A stretch of 32,000 nt of DNA from Phycisphaera mikurensis NBRC 102666 (GTDB taxonomy: Bacteria > Planctomycetota > Phycisphaerae > Phycisphaerales > Phycisphaeraceae), in assembly GCF_000284115.1 (NCBI RefSeq), contig NC_017080.1, forward strand, positions 3,150,001 to 3,182,000, given 5' to 3'. The position numbers and the translations under genes were made by a program. Below the pieces are notes generated by a model. It had not been told where the DNA came from. It made no database searches and worked only from the letters and a program-made list of their open reading frames with translations. Of the stretch, positions 8,648 through 15,313 are shown piece by piece (the first letter of the stretch is position 1; every line of letters starts with the position of its first letter).

Positions 8648-10000
8648 TCAGCGGCGGGCCACCAGCAACGCGGCGATCGTGGCGCCCTGGAAGACCAGCG
8701 TCGCCAGCGCCCACCGCTGGAAGAGCGCGTCGTCGCCGGCCGCCATCCACAGAGCGCCGAGCAGGCAGACGAGCGTGAGGGCTTGGAGCACGAGCGCGAC
8801 GATCGTCGCGGCGGAAGCGTCGCCGCCGCCGCGGTTCCCCCGCAGCTCGTGGAGGATCTGCTGCAGGATCTTCGCCGAGGGCTCGGCGGGTGCGGCGGGT
8901 GCGGCGGGTGCGGCGGGTGCGGCCTCGCCGCGGACCGCGGGCGGATCCGGCGGATGGGGCCGACGGTCCGCGGTCTCCGCGGCTCCCGCGGGCGCGGGCG
9001 CGGGCGCCGGGGCAGCCGATGCGGCGTCGGGCGCGGGAGCCGGCGGCGCGGGATCGGCCGGCTTCGGAGGGTCCTGCCGGCCGCGGGCCCGCTGCATCGC
9101 CCGCTCGACCACCGGGCGTCCCCGATCGATCAGGGCGTTGACGGGTGCCTCGACGAGCGGGCCGCTCTCCTCCTCGGGCGGCAGGCTCAGCGGGCGGAAG
9201 GCCCGCCCCGGGGCCCGCTTCGGCTCCTGCGGAGGCGTGGGCGGATCCGCGGGCGGTGGCGTGGCGGAGGCCGGCGGAGCGGTCTTCACGGGCGGGCCCG
9301 CGGCGACGCGGTGGCGCTCGGTGTGGCGCTGCGAGGCGATCACCCGGACGGCCTCGACGAGCGTGCCGGCGAAGAAGTCGGGGCGGTGGGCTTCGGCGGC
9401 GGCCTCGGCGGCTTCGTCCCCGCCGCTGTTCTTCTTCGCTTGCTCGCGGGCCAGCTCCCCGAGCCGGGCGGGGGACAGGCGCCCGGCCTCGGGGTGCAGC
9501 AGCACGGTGCGGCAGCCGGCGGCTTCGCCGGCCTGCGTGTCGCGGAACGCGTCGCCCACCATCCACGAGCGGGCGAGGTCGAGCTTCAGGTCTTCGGCGG
9601 CGCGGAGCATCATGCCCGGGGCCGGCTTGCGGTCTGGGTGCTCGCGGGTGTACGCCTCGTCGCTGCCCTCGGGGTGGTACGGGCAGAAGTAGTAGCCGGC
9701 GACCGTCGCGCCGTTGGCCCCGTGCTCGAGCAGCGCGTCGATGCGGGCGTGCACCGCCTCGACGTCGGCCTCGCCGTACTTGCCGCGGGCCACGCCGCCC
9801 TGGTTGGTCACCACGACGACCTGGAAGCCGAGGCCGCGGAGCGAGGCGACGGCCATCGCCGCGCCCTGCACGAGCTCCACCTTGGCCGGGTCGCCCAGGT
9901 CGCCGGTGTTGTGGATCAGCGTCTCGTCGCGATCCAGGAAGACCGCGGGCGAGCGACCGGCCTCCGGCTTCGCGTTCGCGGGGGCGGCGGCCACGCTCAC
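8648..10000 (-). CDS. GmhB-like HAD-IIIA phosphatase fused to a Pro/Ala-rich linker and a C-terminal membrane anchor
   Basis: The N-terminus carries FLDRDETL, VVVTNQGGVARG, YFCPYHP, RKPAPGM and MVGD, as in D,D-heptose-1,7-bisphosphate or histidinol phosphatases. About 190 aa of P/A-rich sequence follow, then two hydrophobic helices (IVALVLQALTLVCLLGALWMAA, LATLVFQGATIAALLV). The GTG start overlaps the gmk stop (GTGA). Confidence 0.8.
   Translation of the reverse strand: MSVAAAPANAKPEAGRSPAVFLDRDETLIHNTGDLGDPAKVELVQGAAMAVASLRGLGFQVVVVTNQGGVARGKYGEADVEAVHARIDALLEHGANGATVAGYYFCPYHPEGSDEAYTREHPDRKPAPGMMLRAAEDLKLDLARSWMVGDAFRDTQAGEAAGCRTVLLHPEAGRLSPARLGELAREQAKKNSGGDEAAEAAAEAHRPDFFAGTLVEAVRVIASQRHTERHRVAAGPPVKTAPPASATPPPADPPTPPQEPKRAPGRAFRPLSLPPEEESGPLVEAPVNALIDRGRPVVERAMQRARGRQDPPKPADPAPPAPAPDAASAAPAPAPAPAGAAETADRRPHPPDPPAVRGEAAPAAPAAPAAPAEPSAKILQQILHELRGNRGGGDASAATIVALVLQALTLVCLLGALWMAAGDDALFQRWALATLVFQGATIAALLVARR
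8885..8920. repeat. perfect 9-bp tandem repeat (GGCGGGTGC)x4 inside the GmhB-fusion linker
   Basis: It encodes the (AAP)n run APAAPAAPAAPA on the minus strand and lies 7 bp from 46-bp element copy 2. Confidence 0.9.
8928..8973. repeat. 46-bp palindromic element, copy 2 (inside coding sequence)
   Basis: Both arms are exact, with spacer cgggcggatccggcggatggggccga. It is translated as ADRRPHPPDPPAVRG within the disordered linker of the GmhB-fusion gene. Confidence 0.9.
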
Positions 10001-10623
10001 GAGCCGGCGCCCGCCGCCTGCGATCGCTCGGCAACGCGGCGCGCCCGCTCGGCCTCCACCAGGCCGACGAGCTCCTCGAGCGCCCGGTCGAGGTCGTCGT
10101 TCGTGACGAAGCCGGCGTAGACGTTGCTGGTCTGGGCGGCGTGGATCTCCTCCTTCGCCTGGTTGAAGCGGCGGCGGATGACGTCCTCGTCGTCCTGGGC
10201 CCGGCTCCGCAGGCGGTCCAGCAGGGTCTGCTCGTCGGGCGCGAGGATGAAGATGCCGAAGGCCTCGGGCATCAGCTGCTTCACCTGCGCCGCCCCGTTG
10301 ACGTCGATCTCGAGCACGACGCAGCGGCCGGCGGCGAGGTGCTCGGTGACGAAGCGGCGCGGGGTGCCGTAGTGGTTGCCGTGCACGGCGGCGTGCTCGA
10401 GGAAGTCGTCCTCGGCGACCGAGTCTTGGAAGCTCTCCACGCTCACGAAGTGGTAGTGCTGCCCGTCGACGTCGCCGGGACGCAGCGACCGGGTGGTCTT
10501 GCTGATGGACAGCTCCGCGCCGATCCGCGGCAGCAGCCGGTTCACCAGCGTGCTCTTCCCGACCCCCGAGGGCCCGGAGACGATGACCAGAAAACCCGGG
10601 TTTCGTTCGCTTTGGTCGCTCAT
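9997..10623 (-). CDS. gmk: guanylate kinase
   Basis: The P-loop VSGPSGVGKSTL plus Y.FVS...F and E.A.VHGN.YGT motifs are present in a 208-aa product. Confidence 0.95.
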   Translation of the reverse strand: MSDQSERNPGFLVIVSGPSGVGKSTLVNRLLPRIGAELSISKTTRSLRPGDVDGQHYHFVSVESFQDSVAEDDFLEHAAVHGNHYGTPRRFVTEHLAAGRCVVLEIDVNGAAQVKQLMPEAFGIFILAPDEQTLLDRLRSRAQDDEDVIRRRFNQAKEEIHAAQTSNVYAGFVTNDDLDRALEELVGLVEAERARRVAERSQAAGAGS

Positions 10624-10629
10624 CGGCGG

Positions 10630-10635
10630 AGGATA
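10630..10635 (-). promoter_or_regulatory. -10-like TATCCT, 6 nt upstream of the gmk ATG
   Basis: Minus strand reads ccccgTATCCT-ccgccg-ATG, within the 25-bp gap after the upstream lipoprotein gene. Confidence 0.35.
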
Positions 10636-10648
10636 CGGGGCGGCCGCC

Positions 10649-11620
10649 CTACTCCGCCGAGGCGTCGGCGACGAGGCGGAGCGGGATGGAGCGTTCGTCG
10701 ACGGATCCGGAGACCCGGTCGGTGAGGCGGACCTTCAGGCGGTAGCGGCCGACGCCCAGGTTCGCCGGCAGCTCCAGCAGCTGGACCGACCAGAAGTCGC
10801 GGCGGCGGCGGCGGGAGGCGTCCTCGATGGCCTCGGCCGGGCGGCTCCAAACGACCAGGCCGTCGGCGTCGCGGAAGAGCAGCACCTCCTGTTCCAGGCG
10901 GACGCGGTGGAGCACGGCGTCCGCGTCGGCGGCCGCGCCCGGCACCGCGGCCGTCTCGGTGCCGAAGCCCTCGATCTCGGCGTAGAGCACCATCTGCACC
11001 GGCCGGCCGGCGGTGAAGGTGTTGCTGGCGAAGGGTTCGTAGACGCCGAAGCCGCCGACGCTGCGGCACAGCTGGACGTCGGCGATCGTCACCAGGTCGG
11101 GTGCGTCGGTGCCGGGTCCGGGCTCGGGCTCGGGCTCGGACTCGGCTTCGGCTTCGGCTTCGGATTCGGCTTCAAAGTCGACGGTTGGAGGCGGCGGAGC
11201 CGCGCCGGCGGGGGCGGCTCCGGCCGCCGCGTCGCCGCCGGGCGCGGCCTCCGACCCGGCGGGCGCGTCGGCGCTTGCCTCCTCGGCACTCACCGGAGCC
11301 GCGGGCGGCGTGTCGCCGGGGCCGCCGGGATCCAGCCACGACACCCGCTCGATCGCCGAGGGCGGCCGCGCGGTGGCGCCGGCACCGGCCGGCAGGTCGC
11401 CGCGCCGCGGCTCGACCAAGCCGGCCTCGCGGTACGCGGCGACGGCGGCGTCGATCTCCTGCCGCTCGGCCGGGGAGAGCCCGCCGCTGGGGCCCGGATC
11501 CGCCGCGGGCGGCGCCCCCGGCAGGGGGCGCGGGTCGGTCGAAGCGGCCGGCGCGGAGACGCACCCCGAGAGCGCCGCGAGCGCACAGGCGATCGCGGCG
11601 GCGGCCCGGCGAGCGCCCAT
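10649..11620 (-). CDS. lipoprotein with a disordered acidic linker and a C-terminal beta-rich domain of unknown function
   Basis: The lipobox signal peptide is MGARRAAAAIACALAALSGC. The ATG overlaps the holA stop (TGATG). The 5' part of the 687-aa track ORF is a shadow of holA. Confidence 0.7.
   Translation of the reverse strand: MGARRAAAAIACALAALSGCVSAPAASTDPRPLPGAPPAADPGPSGGLSPAERQEIDAAVAAYREAGLVEPRRGDLPAGAGATARPPSAIERVSWLDPGGPGDTPPAAPVSAEEASADAPAGSEAAPGGDAAAGAAPAGAAPPPPTVDFEAESEAEAEAESEPEPEPGPGTDAPDLVTIADVQLCRSVGGFGVYEPFASNTFTAGRPVQMVLYAEIEGFGTETAAVPGAAADADAVLHRVRLEQEVLLFRDADGLVVWSRPAEAIEDASRRRRRDFWSVQLLELPANLGVGRYRLKVRLTDRVSGSVDERSIPLRLVADASAE
11115..11174. repeat. degenerate hexanucleotide tandem repeat (GGCTCG/GCTTCG-type, ~10 units)
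   Basis: It encodes EAESEAEAEAESEPEPEPGPG in the lipoprotein linker. Confidence 0.8.
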
Positions 11621-12633
11621 CAAGCCGCCACCCCGACGCAGAACGCCTCGAGCAGCCGCCGAGGGTTGCCCAGCCCCCGCTTCGCCCGCCCGTCGACGCG
11701 GAGGGCGTCGGCGAACAGGCCGCGGGCCCGCTCCGGGCTGAGCCCGGCCGAAGCCCGGCCGAAGGCCGACGCCGCCGGGCCCCAGAGCTTCAGGGCTCTG
11801 CCGATCTCGCCGGCCCCCGCGCCCGCCGCCTTCATCTCCTCGGCCTGCGCGAGCTTCCGGCATAGGTCGGCCGCGGCCCACATCACCAGCACCTCGGGCT
11901 GTTTCGACCGATCGATCAGGTCCCGGATCGTCGTCAGGAGCGCCTCGGGCTTCCCGCGGCCGAGGCCCATGAGCAGCTCGTTCTGGATCACCCAAGCCTT
12001 CTCCTCGCTCGTCGCCTCGGTGTGGTCCCTCACCCGCTGCTCGGAGATCTCCGGCGTGCCGCCGCCGGGCGTGGCCGCCATCGCGGCGAGCTTCCCGAGC
12101 GCAGCGTCGAGCGCGAGCAGGTCCGAGCCGGTGCGGGCGACGAGGAGCTTCGCCGCTTGCGGGGGCAGCTTCGCGTCGTGCTTGTCCCGGGCCCGGGCCA
12201 CCGCCCACCGCTGGGCGTCCTGCCCCCGCAGCGGCTCGCACTTGACCACCTGCCCGACCTTCTTGATAGCCTTGTCGAGGTTGCCCGGCCGCCAGGCGTC
12301 GGCTTCGAGCAGCAGCGTCGCGTGGTCCACCGGGGCCTCGGCGTACCGCTCCATCGCGGCCCGGTGGGCCTGCACGAAGACCTCGGCGGAGGTCACGCTG
12401 ACCAGCTTGTGGCCGCCCATGAGCGAGTAGCCGCGGAGGCCGTCGAGCACGTCGGCGAGCCCGGCCGTGCGGCCGTCGACCTCCGCCACGTCCACCTCCC
12501 CGTGGGCCGCCTCCAGGGCCGCGACCAGGCTCCGCCGGTGCTCCTGCCGCAAGCCCGCCTCCGGACCGTGCAGCACCGCGACGCGGGTGTCGGAAGCCCA
12601 GGAGACGGGAGCGGAGGAGGGAGCGCGGGCCAC
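11620..12633 (-). CDS. holA: DNA polymerase III delta subunit
   Basis: The 337-aa product has HolA-like organisation: an N-terminal VLHGPE...L...L..A region, then LLLEAD....NLDKAIKK, then a C-terminal helical domain. The start is GTG. Confidence 0.8.
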   Translation of the reverse strand: MARAPSSAPVSWASDTRVAVLHGPEAGLRQEHRRSLVAALEAAHGEVDVAEVDGRTAGLADVLDGLRGYSLMGGHKLVSVTSAEVFVQAHRAAMERYAEAPVDHATLLLEADAWRPGNLDKAIKKVGQVVKCEPLRGQDAQRWAVARARDKHDAKLPPQAAKLLVARTGSDLLALDAALGKLAAMAATPGGGTPEISEQRVRDHTEATSEEKAWVIQNELLMGLGRGKPEALLTTIRDLIDRSKQPEVLVMWAAADLCRKLAQAEEMKAAGAGAGEIGRALKLWGPAASAFGRASAGLSPERARGLFADALRVDGRAKRGLGNPRRLLEAFCVGVAA

Positions 12634-12639
12634 GCCGGG

Positions 12640-12645
12640 ACTCTA
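12640..12645 (-). promoter_or_regulatory. -10-like TAGAGT, 6 nt upstream of the holA GTG
   Basis: Minus strand reads ccgTTTAGAGT-cccggc-GTG. Confidence 0.35.
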
Positions 12646-12683
12646 AACGGCCCGCCGCTGCCGCCGCTGCCGCGGGCTCGCCT

Positions 12684-13610
12684 TCAGAAGGCTGCCCCGG
12701 GGCGGCGGCCACGCGCCGCGCTCTCGCTGGGGTCGCTGCGGTCGAGCTCGTCGAGCACGCGCGGCAGCGTCTCGCGCCAGCAAGGCTCCGGGCCCAGGAG
12801 CGCCTCGGCGGTGCTCACGTCGAGGACGGCGTAGCGGAGGCGGCGGGCCGGCCGGGGGAAGTGCTCGTGCCCGACGGCCGCGACGTCCCCGGCCCGCCCC
12901 GCGTGGGCCGCGATCGCGTGGGCGAGCTCGAAGCGGGTGGCCGTGCCGCCGCCGGCGGCATGGAAGGTGCCGGTGGCCTCCCGCTCCGCCAGCGACAGCA
13001 GCCGGCTGGCGAGGCTCGCGGCGGCGGTGGGCCGGCCGACGCGGTCAACGACGGCGTCCAGCCGCGGCCGCACACTGAGCAGCCGCCGGGCGCTCCGCAC
13101 ATAGTGGTCGCCCCAAGCCGCGTACACCCAGCTGGTGCGGACGCAGCAGAAGCGGGCGCCCGAGGCGGCCAGCGCGTCCTCGCCCGCCGCCTTGCTGCGG
13201 CCGAAGGCGCTCACCGGCTCGCGCTCCGCGTCGACGGCGTAGGGCGTGCTCGCCTCGCCCGAGAACACCTCCGGGCAGGAGAGGTGCACGAGCGGCACCC
13301 CCGCGTCGCGGCAGCGCATCGCGAGCCGGCTCACGGCGGTCGCGTTGACGGCGAAGGCCTCGCGGTCGTCCCGCTCCGCCTCGTCGATGCCGGTGAAGCC
13401 GGCGCAGTTGACGACCGCGAGCAGCCCCGCGGGCAGCGGCGGCCAGGTGGCCGGCGTCCGCAGGTCCAGGCGGCGTCGATCCCACTCGACGACCCGCCAG
13501 CCGCGCTGACGGGCCGCCGCCACCACCGCCCGGCCGATGAGCCCCCTGGGCCCCAGCACGAGCACCCGCGGCGCATGCGCCGCCCCGAAAGTTGTTCCCG
13601 GAAGATTCAC
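12684..13610 (-). CDS. rfbD: dTDP-4-dehydrorhamnose reductase-like SDR (RmlD/RfbD family)
   Basis: VLVLGPRGLIGRAV is the Rossmann motif. VVNCAGFTGIDEAE, NA.AV..LA and S...VFSG...PY......P...FGRSK show the RmlD-type pattern. I take the GTG start at 13610; GTG 13565 is also possible. Confidence 0.8.
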   Translation of the reverse strand: MNLPGTTFGAAHAPRVLVLGPRGLIGRAVVAAARQRGWRVVEWDRRRLDLRTPATWPPLPAGLLAVVNCAGFTGIDEAERDDREAFAVNATAVSRLAMRCRDAGVPLVHLSCPEVFSGEASTPYAVDAEREPVSAFGRSKAAGEDALAASGARFCCVRTSWVYAAWGDHYVRSARRLLSVRPRLDAVVDRVGRPTAAASLASRLLSLAEREATGTFHAAGGGTATRFELAHAIAAHAGRAGDVAAVGHEHFPRPARRLRYAVLDVSTAEALLGPEPCWRETLPRVLDELDRSDPSESAARGRRPGAAF

Positions 13611-13616
13611 CGCCGA

Positions 13617-13624
13617 AAATTATC
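13617..13624 (-). promoter_or_regulatory. -10-like GATAATTT (TAATTT 6 nt from the start; GATAAT is 5/6 to TATAAT) upstream of rfbD
   Basis: Minus strand reads caggcGATAATTT-tcggcg-GTG, with an AT-rich patch further upstream. Confidence 0.4.
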
Positions 13625-13734
13625 GCCTGACCCGGCGGAAAGGAAGGGGCTGGAGGCCGCTTTTCTGCAAAAAAGTGCCGAGCCGCCCCGACCGCAACCC
13701 CCCCGGCCGCGGGGCTTTGCGATCGGCGACGAGC

Positions 13735-13780
13735 CCGCGGACCGCCGGCGCCAAACGCCCCGCACGCCCGCGGTCCGCGG
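13735..13780. repeat. 46-bp palindromic element, copy 3
   Basis: Both arms are exact, with spacer ccggcgccaaacgccccgcacgcccg. The right arm is partly duplicated (cggtccgcggtccgcgg). It lies 15 bp downstream of the 2-hydroxyacid dehydrogenase stop. Confidence 0.9.
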
Positions 13781-13794
13781 TCCGCGGATTCTCT

Positions 13795-14775
13795 TCAGCT
13801 CACGACGTTGCGGGGCTCCCCGTCGAGGTACGCCTGGACGTTGCCCGCGACGAGCCCCACCAGCCGCGACCGGGCGGCGCCCGTCGCCCAGGCGATGTGG
13901 GGCGTGACGACGCAGCGCGGGCAGCCGATCAGCGGGTGATCCGCCGGCGGGGGCTCCTCGGTGAGCACGTCCAGCGCGGCCCCGCCGATCCCGCCGGCCC
14001 GCAGCGCCGCGGCCAAGTCCGTCTCGTCGACGAGCCCGCCGCGCCCGGTGTTGACCAGGAGCGCCCCGGGCTTCATCCGCCCGAGCTGCGCCGCGTCGAC
14101 CATGCCCGCCGTCTCGGGCGTCAGCGGGCAGTGCAGCGACACGACGTCGGCTCCGGCGAACAGCGCGTCCCGCCCGACCCAACGCACCGGGACCGCGGCG
14201 TCGCGGCGGGTGCGGCTGTGCACGAGCAGGTCCATCCCGAAGGCGTGGCCGATCTCCGCCACCCGCCGGCCGATGTCGCCGAAGCCGACGACGCCCAGGG
14301 TCCGCCCCGCGAGCTCGGTCAGCGGGGCGACGCTGAAGGTGAAGTCCGCTCCGCCCGACCACCGCCCCGCCTCGACCGCGTCCGCGTGCTCGCGGACCCG
14401 GTTGGCGAAGCCGAGCACCAGCGCGAAGACGTGCTGAGCGACCGAGTCGGTGGAGTAGGCCGGGGCGTTGCAGACGGTGATGCCGCGCCCGCGTGCCGCG
14501 TCGAGGTCGACGGCGTTGGTGCCGGTGGACAAGAGAGCGATCAGCCCACAGGCGTCGAAGGCCTCGCCGGCGAGCGCTCCCGCGTCGAGGAAGGTCTTGT
14601 TGAGGACGACGACCTCCGCGCCGCGGACCCGCGCCGGCACCGCGGCCGGCGGCGTGCGGTCGTGCACGGTCACCGGCCCGATCGCCTCCAGCGGCGCCCA
14701 GGTGGGCCCGCCGGCCTCCCCGGGCACGACGGTGGTGATCCCGTCGAGCACCACGATCCGCGGGCTCTGGCTCAT
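13795..14775 (-). CDS. D-isomer-specific 2-hydroxyacid dehydrogenase (glycerate dehydrogenase/hydroxypyruvate reductase-like)
   Basis: LGVVGFGDIGRRVA is the NAD-binding motif. NTGRGGLVDE and TPHIAWAT are the catalytic-domain signatures. Confidence 0.9.
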   Translation of the reverse strand: MSQSPRIVVLDGITTVVPGEAGGPTWAPLEAIGPVTVHDRTPPAAVPARVRGAEVVVLNKTFLDAGALAGEAFDACGLIALLSTGTNAVDLDAARGRGITVCNAPAYSTDSVAQHVFALVLGFANRVREHADAVEAGRWSGGADFTFSVAPLTELAGRTLGVVGFGDIGRRVAEIGHAFGMDLLVHSRTRRDAAVPVRWVGRDALFAGADVVSLHCPLTPETAGMVDAAQLGRMKPGALLVNTGRGGLVDETDLAAALRAGGIGGAALDVLTEEPPPADHPLIGCPRCVVTPHIAWATGAARSRLVGLVAGNVQAYLDGEPRNVVS

Positions 14776-14781
14776 GCCCCC

Positions 14782-14791
14782 AACCTACCGG
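14782..14791 (-). promoter_or_regulatory. -10-like CCGGTAGGTT, 6 nt upstream of the dehydrogenase ATG
   Basis: Minus strand reads caCCGGTAGGTT-gggggc-ATG. Confidence 0.4.
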
Positions 14792-14800
14792 TGGGCCGCA

Positions 14801-14811
14801 CCCGGTAGCGT
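14801..14811 (+). promoter_or_regulatory. -10-like CCCGGTAGCGT, 7 nt upstream of the rpiB ATG
   Basis: Plus strand reads caCCCGGTAGCGT-gcctccg-ATG. It forms an inverted pair with the box at 14782-14791. Confidence 0.4.
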
Positions 14812-14818
14812 GCCTCCG

Positions 14819-15268
14819 ATGAAGGTTGCCGTCGCCGCGGATCATGGAGGCTTCTCCCACAAGCAGCGGGTCGTGGAGATCGTGCGCGCCGCCGGTCACG
14901 AAGCGGTCGACCTGGGCGCGCACGAACTCGACCCCGCCGACGATTACCCCGATTTCGCCGAACGCGTGGGCCGGGCGATCCAGCGGGGCGAGGCCGAGCG
15001 GGCGATCCTGCTGTGCGGCTCGGGCGTGGGCGCCTGCATCGCGGCCAACAAGCTCGACGGGGTCCGCGCGTCGGTCTGCCACGACGTCTACTCCGCCCAC
15101 CAGGGCGTGGAGCACGACGACATGAACGTGCTGTGCCTGGGCGCTCGGATCATCGGGCCGGCCCTCCTGGACGACCTCGTCGAGGCGTTCCTGAAGGCGG
15201 AGCTCGCCGCGGGCGAGCGCTTCCGACGCCGGCTGGACAAGGTGGCGGCGCTCGAAGCGGCACGATGA
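14819..15268 (+). CDS. rpiB: ribose-5-phosphate isomerase B
   Basis: MKVAVAADHGGF...LLCGSGVG..IAANK..GVRA..CHD..SA...VEHDDMNVL.LGAR is the canonical RpiB/LacAB pattern. The internal ATG of track ORF 14468..15268 is the start. Confidence 0.93.
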   Translation: MKVAVAADHGGFSHKQRVVEIVRAAGHEAVDLGAHELDPADDYPDFAERVGRAIQRGEAERAILLCGSGVGACIAANKLDGVRASVCHDVYSAHQGVEHDDMNVLCLGARIIGPALLDDLVEAFLKAELAAGERFRRRLDKVAALEAAR

Positions 15269-15313
15269 CGCGCCCCGAGGAGGCCGCGCCCGGGCGCTAG
15301 CGCGGCCGCCGCG

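Noticed and set aside
8070-10725. Plus-strand ORFs 8070..9692, 8783..10120 and 9145..10725, and minus-strand ORF 8439..10034
   Set aside because: They are shadows of the GmhB-fusion and gmk genes, with R/P/G/A-dominated translations.
10649-12712. 687-aa ORF read as a single protein
   Set aside because: Its upstream part overlaps holA in another frame and is Arg/Gly/Pro junk. A lipoprotein signal peptide with an ATG at 11620, overlapping the holA stop, defines the real 323-aa gene.
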